64,000 nt of DNA, from NCBI RefSeq assembly GCF_004010195.1, contig NC_057718.1, positions 66,225,351-66,289,350 of the forward strand, given 5' to 3'. A program made the position numbers and the translations under genes. The notes under the pieces are model-generated. The model worked only from the letters and a program-made list of their open reading frames with translations. It made no database searches and was not told the origin of the DNA. The stretch comes from Chiloscyllium plagiosum. Its lineage: Eukaryota. Shown one piece after another: positions 50,823 through 64,000 of this stretch (position 1 is the first letter of the stretch; each line of letters opens with the position of its first letter).

Positions 50823-53800
50823 GTAATTTCCTTCAGTTGAAACGACTGCAGTGACTTTAGGGGCCTGATGTGGGAGGTGCAGATTGCCTTTCATAAACTA
50901 AATACCATTCATGTGAGCAGAAAATAGAGATGAGCTTTTCTTCAGACACAATTTTAAAAAGTTACTGAAAGCAATACAGTAGTTGTATTTCTTTCCTGTG
51001 GATTCTTGGACTACTAAAGTGAGCAATTTAATTGTGCAGTTTTTTTTAGACGTTTAGTAGGTACAGATTCTGAAAACTGGTAACATCTAATTCAATTCTG
51101 TTTGGATGGGTACCAGAATCTGTGCACAGAATATACAAAATTATACATGTTGATTTTAGTTTGCATTTGTTTCTGTGTATTCAAGATGTTACGTGTGTGG
51201 TTTGCGCTGCCCCATTTTTTGAGGGGGGTGGTCAGGTGACTCAGACAGGAGCTCGGGGAGGCAGTTTAGACCTGACACTCGAGCTGCGAGGTTGCATGAA
51301 GTATTCCCTTTCAAGTTTACCCTTAGTCTACCTCATGTTCTATTTATGTTTCCAGTGAACTACAAACATAATACAAGATCCACACTACAATAAATTGTTT
51401 TCTTATTATGCAGTTCCTTCCTTTGTCAGTGATTTAACATGTATGTGCTAATCATTTGTTTACTGCAAAGGCTTTCACTCTTTGCTCCTAGTACAATTCA
51501 CATGCTACCTACAAAGTATAACTTTAATTAGGTTGATTCCAAAGGCACTGAAGTAGTTGTAAAATGATTGTAAAATACATATAAACTTGTTTATTCCAGT
51601 TTGTAATATGTTATCTTTGACCATTCAGCAAAATTTAAAAGCTTTTATATAGCTTGTGCTTTGCTTATTGTACTTCATTTTCACTTTTCAAAAATGCACT
51701 TAATTTATGTAAATGTCCATCACAGTGTAAATGGCATGAGTGGTTTCTTTGCTTTAAACTGATTAGGGCAGTATGCTACTTATCCCTGCTGTTATGCTGA
51801 AGGGTGTTTAAATTAGTGCAAAAGTTTGTGAATGCATATCACTTTATTGTTTGCTTTAAGCCAAGCAGAAATTTTTCTTTTGCATTTCTGTTCATTAAGA
51901 CAAAGCTGTTGGCTCACTTACTGGCAGGCACCTGCTAGTCTCTACTAATGACATTTTAATTGGCCATTGACTAATTGTTCACTAAAGCGCAAGGCAAATG
52001 CATGAAATTTGTAGCCACAAAATACCCCATCTTTATTTTTAGTTCACAATTTTTCTTCTCTTGTGAACTCCTTTTGTAATTTGCACCACAACACACCATT
52101 TGCATCTCTTGTCTTAATTGTAGTTGCTGAATGCTGCTGCTTTATGGCAAATGCCAAGCAGCTGTGTGCAATGATTATCTCACTGATTTCAGTACGTAAC
52201 TTTATCAATAGGTGGGTCAGACATTGGTTGCACTGTTTGAGGGTAGGGTTTAGCAGTAGCAGTACTCTTGGTACGATGTTTAATTGTACAATTGGAAGTT
52301 GCTATGCAGTGCTGCTGTTTAGACACCTGATGAGGCAGCAAGTGTGTCGCTGGCTCTCCTATCAATTGACCACTCAAGGATTTGGCAACACAAACATTCT
52401 AGAGAGGGGGACAGAGTTCCACCCTACTTTTTCCAGTGTGTTGGCAGTAACTTGTTGAAAGCAAACTAAACTTGTACTGTTAGCTTAATGGTGCCTGTAT
52501 TGGATTTTTCAGGTAATTATCTAATTTTATTTGTGTTGCTTTATAAGGTTTATATTTTGTGCATTTTTGCATGATTTCTATGAGGCTGGCAAACCCATGT
52601 ACTATTTAACAGACTGCTAACATGACAGGAACATTTTCTGTGAACAATGAACTTGGCCAGGGAAGTCAATTAAGTGAGGTTTATTAATACAGTGAAAACA
52701 ATGGAGCACATTCACTTTTGCTTTGTGGAAACAGGGTTGGAGTTTGAACAACTGTTTTATGAAGTGTCTAGCCACTGGGATGCATTAAAACACACGGGAG
52801 ATGTTGGTGTGAGCAACTTTTGATACAGAAGTAAGTGTTATTTTGAATTCTCTTTAAACTGCTTTACAAATGTTTCAGTGTCTATATTTAGCTGTTGCTG
52901 TCTTAAAGTTGTTATGGGTTGCATATTCTGAAAATGCATAACTTTTCTTGTAACTAAAAACTACACAGATTGGTGGTTTTGGCATGGGTAGACTTGTGTC
53001 CTTCCAGTTTAAAAGCCTAATTTCAATATTGAACTGTTCCAGCTTGTGACAGTTGAACAATGAGATTTATTTTATACAAAAGAAGTTTCATGAAGTACTG
53101 ATTTATGATATGTAATCCAAATCAACAATTGTATAAGTGGGCTTCTGGAATGATTCTATCTATGAAATTGAATTGAAACTCTGTTGGAATTTGTTCCACT
53201 TATAGTTTTAGTGAAACACATCTTTCTTATGCCTCTCATGCAAAGTGTGTGCATGAGAGAGAGAGAGAGACTCTCACAAGTTCCAAAGGAAATAACAAAT
53301 AACTTTTGGATTGTTGCATGATCTTGCCACTCATCTGCCTGTTGAAACAAGGGAAGTAGTTTCTTTGCCATTTGCAATATGTAGTGGAGAATTGCAGGTG
53401 TGCTGTTCAAGGTTTTTTCCATCCTTTGACTTTGAGAGATAAGTGTATGATATGATTATAATTTTCTAATGTGCATCTGTGTGATATCTATGGCATATAT
53501 ATATATTAAGTTTTTAGTTCCCAGTGTTGCCTTGCGTATGGATGTTGCAGATAAAATGATTCTCTTGAGTTTTGCAACATCAATGTATTAAATCCTATTA
53601 ACTTGATTTCTTGACCAAGAGAACAGTTAGATTTGTATTAACTAACATGCACATCACATGCAGGTACTCTTAACATCTAGATTTATGATCATAATCTTTG
53701 TATAAATTTTTTTTGAGGTTGAGGTTTATCTATTGTACCAAATAAAGTAGCATTTTGAGCTTGAATTAATGTGTAATTTTGGTCTTTGTACCTTTTGAGA

Positions 53801-54336
53801 AGGAAGTCATCAACATGTTTCAAAAGGTAGTTCCCACTTTTGTTTGAGTGGATGGATGAACTCAATGCAGATAGGAGCTTTATGTGGCTTTTTCAGGTAG
53901 GCAGTCTTCATGGACGTATCCTTGGAGGTAAATGTAATATCTTGACATGATTTGCTGTATGTTTGTGCTATCTGTGTATAATGTGTATTCCAAAACTACT
54001 TGAATGCTCCAAATATATGTCAGCACTGCGCTTGTGGAAGCAATGAATGTGTTTTTCAGCCTAATGGCCACACATGGCAATGGAAATTTTATCGGGGTAC
54101 GGCCAAATATGCTTGAGGAATAAACTAATATAATAGATTTTAGTACAAATAAACATGATTGTGATAATTATACCAAAATTAACAATGTAATGCATACAAC
54201 AGTGAATCCAAATGTGTACACACTTCCACACAGTCTTGGTTTAACATGAACGATGCACTTAGTCACTCTCTTCTTTGCAAAAGCATCAAAGTGCAACATC
54301 ATATTTTTGTCTTTCACAGATGATCCCTGAACTGGT

Positions 54337-54680
54337 GAGTCATTGAGTCATACAGTACAGAAACAGTTCCTCTGGTCCAACTCGTCCATGTCAACCAGAT
54401 ATACTAACCTAATCTAGTCCCATTTGCCAGCTCTTGGCCCACATTTCTATCGACTCTTCCTATTCATATACCCATCTCGATGCCTTTTGATGTAATTGCA
54501 ACAGCTTCCAACAACCTCTGGCAGCTCATTCCATACTTGCGCCACTCTGTGTGAAAAAGTTGCCCCTTAAGTCCCTTTTACGTTTTCCCCCCTCTCACCC
54601 TAAACCTATGACTCTAGTTCTAGTTCCCCCACCCCAGGGAAAAGACCTTGTCTATTTACCCTATCCGTGCCCCTCATGAT
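54337..54680 (-). mobile_element. CR1 3' end
   Basis: gagtcattgagtcata tail and antisense CR1 C-terminus. Confidence 0.88.
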
Positions 54681-56283
54681 CCAGTATTTTTCTGATTTTT
54701 TTTTCAGACTGCTAGCATCCACGATATTTTACTTTTGGCTTGACAACATAGTTGCTGTTTACTGCAGTCTACAATCTGGTGTTAAGAACCACGCAGAGGG
54801 AAAATAATTGAGAAAAAAGAGATGAAAAGACATCACAACTTGTGGAATACAGTAATCTGTAGCACATCTCTACATCTTATTTCTGAAACTGTGGATTTAG
54901 TAATAACAGTACTTTTGTTTTAAAGAGGAGCTTCCAAGCACTTTTATTCTACATCTTAAGACTAGGCTAATTTTAATTTTGTAAAATCACAATTGAAACA
55001 TAAAGCCATGTCCTCTCTTTATATTTTCTATTACAGTCATCATCCTACTTTTTAACAATCTAAAAGTTAGATATATCTCTGGCAGGAATAGAGGCTGCTT
55101 TTTCAATTCTTATTTTTGAAATGCATAAACAACTATTCACTGAGATGAGCTTCTCAGTGATAAAATAAGATTTTAGTAGCATTTTTGCTAAGATAGTTCA
55201 ATCGCTTGTCCATCATCAGGATTGTAGTTTTTTATTACCAGTTTACAAATCTATTGTTCTTGGATTCTTTTGCCATTTGCTTTAAATCTGTGTCATAATT
55301 AAAAGATTACTGCAGGTTCTGGAAATCTCATCACAGTTGCTTCTTTATTTTTAATCTTACACCACTATTTAAATCTACCCTAACTACTACTAAGGAGAAC
55401 AAGCAGAGCTTTACTCGTCACTGTAATCACTGAAGTTCAACATCCCCCATCTCCCTGTAAATATAGTTCTAGGAATTTATAATGTTCGAAATTGACAGAC
55501 TGTGTGCAGAGATGCAAGATTTATCATATGTTATAGATGTATTATAATTCCAGTGGGTGTATCAGTAGGCTAATATAGACCTGAAAGTGCTAGAGTGAAA
55601 TCCTGGACTGCTTGCACTATTGCCTCAGTATTCAGTAAGAATTAACACCTTCAGCGAGGGAATGAAAAACACTCTGGAAACAGTTATGTAACAGCTGACT
55701 TGCATTTTAATACCACTTATGAAAAATAATGTGTTAAAGTTTTGAAAGTATATAAAATCAAAACTGAAATAACTGCATAATCTAAAAATAATATTGAATA
55801 CACACCTTGTCCAGCTCTCATTGCTTAGTTATGCCTATTTGACTAACTTGGCGATTGCATGCACACTGAAAGAATAGCCCACATCCAGCCCCATATCATT
55901 GGTTAACTTCAACTTTTCTTTCATGGGCATTGCTGGCAAGGCAGCATTTTATTCTCATCTTCATTTAAGTACTTCCCTGAAGCTCCCAGGATCTCTAATT
56001 TATTTTCACAACTACTAAACAATTTGAGAATGCACACTAGATTTGCACTGCATCTACTGTACATTTTGTGATTTTTCTGATGCTGCAGGAGACCAGATTA
56101 GAAGCATAAATGGGCTGTAATTTGCGGTGTGAAAGAAGTGCATTGCTTTTAAAGAAATTGTGATTTTTATAATGCAAATTGAAGCCATTTGAAAGCATTT
56201 TTACTTTGATAGCATATCGTACATTGAATTTTTAGAAGAACCTAAATAGTTAATGAAGAACAGGAAAAGCTACACATAATATG

Positions 56284-56500
56284 CAAAGTTAAAATTCACA
56301 ACCCCAGATTATAGACCAACTGATTTATTTGGAGGCGCTGGCTTTTGAGGCGCTGCTTCTTCATCAGGTGGTTCATCAACTACCTGATGAAGAAGCAGCG
56401 CTTCAAAAGCTAGTGACTCCAAATAAGTCAGTTGGTCTATAACCTGGGGTTGTGATTTTTAATTTTGTCCATCCCAGTCCAACACTGGCTTCTCCAAACC
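56284..56500. mobile_element. Penelope-derived fold-back mini-element (family C)
   Basis: ~90-bp inverted arms (56284-56373 / 56378-56467) around a 4-nt loop, with a hammerhead-like motif on each arm. Confidence 0.88.
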
Positions 56501-59500
56501 ATAATATGCAAGTCAGTCTGCATCTACAGAAAGAACACATGGGTGGAATCTTTTGCTTCTGCAAGTGGTGATTTTGGAGATAGGAAAGGGACTGAATTAG
56601 CTTGGGTGTTGGCTTACCCAAACCCCATTGTCTTCTCAACTCTGCCGGAATTTGTTTTGGGATAAGAAACTCTACAGTTCACAGACGCCTGCCGTTCCCT
56701 GTTGCTATGTAAGGATCTCAGTTCACTGCCACTGGGATACACTCGGCTACAGATGAGCTTGGTGCCATATTATGTGCCTGACAGGTGGAAGTTTGTAGGT
56801 AGCTTCCCCCTCCCACCCCGGGAAGGTCATTCTGCTTTTCAAAATTAAGTACCTGCTTGATGGTCTGGGCATAAGGCATGGGTTATCTTCTGAAAGCCAA
56901 TAGTCTTAATGCCCCCCCCCCCCCACCCGACATGCGCACACTCGCATGCACACGCACACCTCTTACTGCCCATCCCACTGCAACTTGCATTACTTTCACG
57001 TCTTCCAAGATCTTGGCTGGCTGTGCTGGTATCAGCCACAGTCGCCTGTGCTGGCTTCAGATTGGCCAGAAACTTTCCCTGGACTTCTGTCCAATGATGT
57101 CTTAATTCCAGGTGAAGGCTTGCCGATGGCCTCATCAATTTCTGATTGCATTAGGTCGAGAAGGCCCTCCAACTCTCTGAAGCAGTTTTTGGGCTACATT
57201 CTTTCACGTCGTCATTTGAGTAGTGTGATGCTGGATAAGACACAAGCCTGAAAAACACATCTCTACAGAAATTGTTTTGATATTGCTAAGTCACTTTGTT
57301 CTCTAGTCTATTTAAAGCTAAGTGGTTAAATGTACTAATAGTTGAATAGTTTTTTTAAAACATGGTGCAAACAGTAGGTGTGAGATAGTTGACCTGTACA
57401 TGCCTCTTTACAGAGTTTCTAAAAGGGGCTGAAATGCAGGAATGTTGGGCCATATTTTGAAGAGATGCCACTTGATGCAGACTGCAACCTTTGGCCTTTC
57501 GTTTTCTTATACGAGGATGGGAGCTCTGCATTCTGATAGGAGATTCCACTCAGAAATGTGGAGTTGTTTCCATTTCTGACACTTGCTTCATGGCATAGAA
57601 TTGTCAGGGGAAAGGAGACTACTCTTTTTTTTGCAGCAGTCAGCTGTCACATTCTGAAATGTAAATGTTCTGACTGCCAATTTATTGCTGCTGTCAACCA
57701 TACGTACAAAAGGTCAGTGTAATGTTCAGCTGCTGGGAGAGTAGGGTGTTAGAAGGATACGGGTGATTGGGTACCAGGTCAGCTAGGGAAGGGTAAGGTG
57801 CCAGGAGTTGGATGCCATTGGTTAGGCATATGGTGCAGGTTCATTAGGTGTGAAATGTGTAGAGTGCTTGGAAGGTAGGATGCCATAGAGTTTGGGGATT
57901 GGGTCTGGTGAAGGGGGTTGTGTGCTGTGAAAGGGTTGGGTCCAGCATAGGAGGGCAAGAGAGCAGACTGGGCTTGGAGTCCAGCATTAGGTATTATTGG
58001 GACTGGTTGAGTATGGCAGGGGAATTGGTCAAGATCTGCCAGCAAGGTGGGATTGGGGGGGGGGGGCGCAGTTTGGCTCTGACTGCAGAGGACTGAGTTG
58101 TTTGGCTGAGGTTTGGCACATTGTACACTTGGCTGTAGAAGGGAATAAGGTGTCATCCAGTCCGGCAGTGGGAATTGCGGTGTTGGCTCCAGAGTATCAG
58201 ATATCGAGTTGAGCGGAAAGTGATGGATTAATGGGGGGGGGTGGTGTGATAAGTATGGGTTCTGTTAAATAGCTGCTTGAGAGTTCGACTGAGCAATTTT
58301 AGTAGAATTCTACCAAAACCTTGAATGTTTGGGACATGGAGAAATTGCCCAGCAGAAAATTCGATTCCCTTGGCAATTCCTCAGGTGTGTGTTGTGATGG
58401 GGATTATACAGGTTTACCATGTGCAACTCTTCTCTCTCCTGGCATTATGCCTGTGTCGAGTCTGTGCGAAATGTATACTACTTACGTTTATCCTCAACTC
58501 CTAAAGTATTTACTGAGATTATCTCGGGAATATTAGCATGATTAGGAACACAAAGGTGATGTTGCGGAGAGAGAGAGAGAGCGACCACTCTGTATATAAA
58601 GAGAAAGCTGTTAAAGTGAGTAAATGTAAGTGCAAGAGGATTATGACAATATCAAAAAGAACCTGAATGGATTTGTCTTGCATTTGTATATAAATCCTTG
58701 AAGATAAGGATAGATATTAACTGAATGCAGACAAAAGAATTATTCCAGATTTTAATGAGCAATAAAGTGCTGGAATGTCACCTGCAATAATTTCTCTTCC
58801 TTTCTCTCCCTCACATTCCCAGATACTGAGATGAGAAAGGTGCATATTCTTAGGCCTGCCATTGCTGCTCTTGTAACTTTATATGGGAGGTGTAGTGGCT
58901 GACCCAGTGTGTGGCTGCTATTCTGATTTATTTTTTCCGCCTTTTATGGATTAGTTGGGGGCAAGACCTTGCCATATAAATAATTCCAGGCTTGTGCCAT
59001 GGATACAGGTTTATCAATTAATGTAATGCAGTATTGTGATGTTCAAATATTGTAACAGAAAAAGAATTGTACAATCTGTCACTCTTGAAGACCTTTTTGA
59101 AAAAAATCGTGTTTCAAAAGTAAGAATTAAAATTATTTAAGAATTGGATGCCACAGTACATTGAAATGAAAGGATGGCAGTCAGAGAACCAGTTTCTTTC
59201 CAGCATAGAAAATAAGAATGAAGGTCTCCTGATCATTGTAATGGCTTAGAATTGGTTGTGACATTTTAACTGGTAGCAATTTTAGCTCAGTTTCCATTTG
59301 CTGTAACATGGGTATTTTCCATGTTGCTATCAGAAGGCGCTTAACACTCAAGGTCATAAGGAAAGAAGCTGTTGCATTAATGAAAGCTGTTTTTGGTTGA
59401 GTGCATGCTTTGTTGTTAATACAATGTAATATTTCTTTTTCATGATTTGCATGATAAACTGAACATTTTTTCTTGTCATGTCATACAGGGGTAAAGCCCT

Positions 59501-60519
59501 GGAAATTAAGCCCTGCTATTCCTGGGCTTGTCACAAAAGTTAAATGTGTTACGGAATTGTGAAAAATTTCTTCAGTCTACCTGTTTGTAGACCAAAGTTG
59601 GCAGAAAGTATGGGCCAGGTTTCTCTACTCAATAATTGTTCCTACTTCTTACAAATAAATCGATTCTTGCTATAGGTAAACGTTATGAACAATTGATATA
59701 TAACTCTACTAGTTAATCTCTAACCACTTTATAAAATTCCCTTTGCGTGTGCACACAGGCAAAGAAAAAGGTGTTATGGGTAGAGGGAAAAACTAGGAAG
59801 ACAGTTCAATTATTCTTTTTCCACTATGTTCATAGAGATGATCCTTTGGCTGGCTCGGATCTGCTGCTGCTCAATCTCTGTCCTCTGTATATGTTCAGGA
59901 GGCACAGTGACTGGTTCATACATGTGATCACTGACACAGCTTACATAATTGGTGAGGGGAATAAATTGGTGGTCTTCAGGCTTAGCTTTTTATTTAAAAC
60001 TGCAGAGAAAAGGACACCAGTTTCCCTTCCAGAAGTTTTTGACCAAGTCATTTACATTCACAAGCTGTTCAGTTACCTTGCAGCCAATCCCATTGTTATT
60101 GGCAGAGCAGGCAAAAGATCATTGACAACTGCTCAACACTCCTCAGACCAAGCAGCTACTGATGGCCATGTCACAATTTGTGGACACGTGCTGGTACCAG
60201 TGTGCTGCAACCAAATTTCTGCACTGGTTGAACAAACAGCAGTGCAAACAGCACTTGAAGTAAGATCTGGTTGCGTGCTTTTTAAAAAAAAATGCAGCAA
60301 TCCCTTCCACAATCCTTAGTTTTTAAAACAAATTTTACCAATTTCAGTCCGTAATCAACAGTACAGAAAAATTAATAAATATGGTTTTGACATTCTGTAG
60401 ATTTACAGGTTAGATTCAGTAATCTTAAATACTAATCTAGGCCAAAAAATCTAGTTCAGAAAAACTGATTTTGTTTAAACTACAAATTTGCTTAAATATG
60501 TATTTCTGCTGCATCTGTT

Positions 60520-61200
60520 GTGATGATGTCGTCATCATCCACTGGGATGCCTCTCATATGTCCTCCTTTCTCCTTATCCAAAGATTCCTTGTCCCAGTGG
60601 ATGATGGAGCCCTCAGCTAGGTCTATAACACCATAAGATGTATGAGTAGAGTTAAGCCACTTGGCCTATTTGAGTCTGCTCCACCATTCAATCATGGCTG
60701 ATATGTCTGTCGCATTTCCTGTCTTTTCCTTCCTTGATGAGCAAGAGTTCCCCCCGTCCTCATTTTCTGTCCCATCAACCTTCACATTCAAAGGATCATC
60801 TTCTGCCATTTCTACCACCCCCAGTAGGATGCCCCCATCAAGTACACCTTCCCTAACTCTCCATTATCAGCAATTTTGCAAGAACCGTTGCTCTGATATC
60901 TTGGTCCACTCCTAATATGTTTGCCCTCCCCCGGCACCTTTCCATGTCACAAGAGAACGTGTAGCACTTGTCCTTTTAATTCCACACTCCTCATGGTCCA
61001 AGGGCCCTACACACTCTTGAGGTAAAGCAGCACTTTACAATAATTCCTTCAACCTAGTCTGCTGTATTCACCACTCGCACTGTTGTCTCTGTTACATAAA
61101 CAAAATGAGACAGATCCAGATTGGATGGCTGGAGATCACCTCTGCTCTTTCAAAATGAATGAATCCCACCTTCCAGTTACTTGGCATTTTAATACACTAC
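60520..61200 (+). mobile_element. Old Penelope-like fragment interrupted by a CR1 tail (~60628-60720)
   Basis: Degenerate match to the GIY-YIG-upstream region of the other PLEs (aacctagtctgctgtattcac). Confidence 0.6.
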
Positions 61201-61204
61201 CTTG

Positions 61205-62790
61205 GCAGAAATTGAGGACTGCAGATGCTGGAGATTAGAGTTGAAAAGTGTGGCACTGAAAAAGCACAGCAGGTCAGGCAGAATCTGAGGAGCAGGAGAG
61301 TTGACATTTTGAGCATAAACCCTCCATCGGCAATGTAGGGGAGGAAAATGGGCTGAGAGATAAATAGGATGGTGGAGGGGGGAAGGTAGCTGGGAAGGCA
61401 ATAGTTGGATGCAGGTGGGGGAATGATAGGTTGGATGGGAGGGTGGAGTGGACACTTGGCAAGGAAGATGGACAGGTAGGACAGTTCAAGAGGGCAGTAC
61501 AGAGTTGGGGGGTTGGATCTGGGATGACGTGGGGTGGAGGAGCGATTAGGAAATTAATGAAGTTGATGCCATATGGACAGAGGATCCCAAGGTGGAAGAT
61601 GAGGTATTCTTCCTCCAATCATCCGGTGGCTTGGATTCGGCGGTAGAGGCAGCCCAGGATTTGCATGCCCTTGGGGGAGGGGGGAGGGGGTGGGGTTGAA
61701 GTGCTCAGTCACAGGGTGGTGGGGTTGTTTGGTGTGTATACCAAAGATGTTCCCTGAAACGTTCTGCCAGTTGGCATCCTGCCTCAGTGTAGAGGAGACC
61801 ATGTCAAGAGCAATGGACACAGTAGATGAGGTGTTTGGATGTGCAGGGAAATCTCTGCCAGATGTGGGAGGATCCTTTGGCGCCTTTGGACATAGATGAA
61901 GGCGGGGTGTGTGGGTGCAGGTTTTACACCTCGTGATGGCAAAGGAAGGTGCTGACAGTGGAGGGTTGTTTGGTGGGTGGGTGCATGGACCTAACGGAGT
62001 CACTGAGGGAGCGGAAGCTGTGGAACGCAAGGGTGGGGAGGAAAATATATCTTTGGGGTCTGATTGTAAAAAATAATGGAGAATAATGCACTGTATCTGG
62101 AGATTAGTGGGGTGGAAAGTGAGGACCGGGGGGGGAGGTTTACCTTGTTGCAATTGGAGGAGTAGCGTTCAAGGGTTGAGGCGGGACGTGGAGATACGCT
62201 GTTTGTTGATCACGTGGGAGGGGAAATTGCAGTCCTTGAAGTAGGCCATCTGGGATGTCCAGGTGTCTAATTTCTCCTTCTGACAACAGATACAGCAGAA
62301 GCATTAGGAGTAAGGGATAATGTTTTTACAGAAGAGGGTGCAGGGGTTGGAGGAGGTGTAGTCCAGGTAGTGGGAGTCAGTGGGCAGGCATAGCTGGGGC
62401 CCATGCAGGTGCCCATGGCTACCCCTCTGGTCTAAAGGAAGTGGGAGGATTTGAAGGAGAAGTTGTAAGGGTGAGGCCTAGTTCTGCCAATTGAATGTGT
62501 GTTGGTGGAAGGGCACTGTTTGGGTTGGTGGGAGAGGAAAAAATGGAGGGCTTGAAGGCCTTTGCCAAAGGGGATGGATGTGTACAGGAACTTGGGTGTC
62601 CATAGTGAAGATGAGGTATTGGGAGCTGATAACATAAAAGTCATTGAGGAAGTGGAGGATGTAGGTGGTGTCCCGAATGTATGTGGGGAGTTCCTGGACC
62701 AAGGGGGACAAGATAGTGTCAAGACATGAAGAGACGTATGGTGGACAGGAACAGGCGAAGACATTAGGTCAACTAGGGCAGTCAGGTTTG
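61205..62790 (-). mobile_element. Penelope-like element (family B) with RT and GIY-YIG remnants
   Basis: LVQELPTYIRDTT..LIFTMD, GVAMGT.MGPSYA, 'VLTFHPTN', 'EEEYLIFHLG..GIN', then the terminal repeat. Confidence 0.9.
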
Positions 62791-62792
62791 TG

Positions 62793-63768
62793 AAGGATCG
62801 GTGCTATAGGTCCACTATTTCATCATTTATATAAATGACTAGGATGTGAGCATAAGAGGTATAGTTCGTAAATTTGCAGATGACATCAAAATTGGAGAAG
62901 GTTACCTCTGAGTACAACAGGATCTTGATCATATGGGCCAATGGGCTGAAAAGTGCAAGATGGAGTTTAATTCAGATAAATGTGAGGTGCTGCATTTTGG
63001 GAAAGCAAATCTTAGCAGGACTCTTACACTGAATGGTAAGATCCTAGGGAGTGTTGCTGAACAAAGAGACCTTGGAGTGCAGGTTCATAGCTCCTTGAAC
63101 GTGGAGTCACAGGTAGATAGGATGGTGAAGAAGGCACTTCATATGCTTGCCTTTATTGGTCAGAGTATTAAGTACAGGAGTTGGGATGTCATGTTGCAGC
63201 TGTACAGGTCATTGGTTAGGCCACTGTTGGAATATTGCATGCAATTCTGGTCTCCTTCCTATCGGAAAGATGTTGTGAAACTTGAAAGAGTTCAGAAAAG
63301 ATTTACAAGGATGTTGCCAGGGTTGGAGGATTTGAGCTATAGGGAGAGGCTGAATAGGCTGGTGCTGTTTTCTCTGGAGTGTCCGAGGCTGAGGGGTAAC
63401 CTTTATAGAAGTTTATAAAATCATGAGCGGCATGGATATGATAAATAGACAAGGTCTTTTCCCTGGGGTGGAGAGTCCAGAACTAGAGGGCATAGGTTTA
63501 GGATGAGAGGGGAAAGATATAAAAGAGACTTAAGGGGCAACTTTTTCACAGAGGGTGGTGCATGCATGGAATGAACTGCCAGAGGAAGTGGTGGAGACTA
63601 GCATAATTGCAACATTTTAAAAAGCATCTGGATGTGTATATGAATAGGAAAGGTTTGGAGGGATATGGCCAGGTGCTGGTAGGTGGGAGTAGATTGTGTT
63701 GGGATATCTGGTCGGCATGGACGAGTTGGACCGAAGGGTCTGTTTCCGTGCTGTACATCTCTATGACC
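62793..63768 (+). mobile_element. CR1 3' fragment, young
   Basis: KFADD, MEFNSDKCEVLHFG ... [13 protein letters not shown]; ctatgac tail. Confidence 0.95.
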
Positions 63769-63899
63769 GAAAGGTTTATTGAGTTCTACAGCACGGAGAT
63801 AGGCCTTTTGGCCCAAACTGGTCTCTGCTGACCAAAACGTCCAGCAACATTAATGCCATTTCCATGCATATGGCCCATAAACTTTCCTATCCATGTATT

Positions 63900-64000
63900 T
63901 AGACCGTAAGACCATTAGACATAGGAGCAGAAATTAGGCCGTTCAATCATCGCTGATAAGTGTTTCAACCCCATTGTCCCACTTTCTCCCTGTAACCCTT
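63900..64000 (-). mobile_element. CR1 3' tail, cut by the window edge
   Basis: agaccgtaagaccattagacataggagcag matches the tail at 25648. Confidence 0.75.

Noticed and set aside
53234..55160. Short hairpins (ctctcatgca..tgcatgagag near 53234; tcactgaga..tctcagtga at 55137-55160) as pre-miRNAs
   Set aside because: The 9-10 bp stems are too short, and no mature miRNA sequence I know is present.
57740..58400. G-rich block with several overlapping ORFs
   Set aside because: Low-complexity strand bias explains the ORFs. Probably an old unclassified repeat that I cannot assign.
62933..63418. 161-aa ORF as a host gene (likewise 36342-36890, 30397-30738, 22908-23354)
   Set aside because: These are fragments of CR1 or Penelope ORFs, repeated elsewhere in the window.

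Overview
Eukaryotic genomic DNA, almost certainly from a shark or ray. The basis is tRNA-derived HE1-type SINEs together with CR1-clade LINEs. There is a 678-nt N gap at 26092-26769. No intact host protein-coding region is recognisable, and the window reads as intronic or intergenic. A large part of it is decayed retroelements: many CR1 fragments, HE1-type SINEs, older Deu/SacSINE-like SINEs, one Rex1/Babar fragment, one solo-LTR-like element, and at least three families of Penelope-like elements (PLEs). Nearly every entry in the ORF track is a retroelement fragment or noise. Main observations: (1) each PLE family carries a minimal hammerhead-ribozyme motif, with compensatory changes between families, and one family occurs as ~200-bp fold-back mini-elements with a hammerhead on each arm; (2) a perfect 67-bp inverted repeat with TTAA outer ends (47667-47733 / 49128-49194), whose downstream arm starts at a consensus AG|GTAAGTAT splice motif; (3) several local inverted or templated duplications; (4) TE-poor blocks holding candidate small exons and AG|GT sites of an unidentified host gene. 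Repeat boundaries were read by eye and are approximate.
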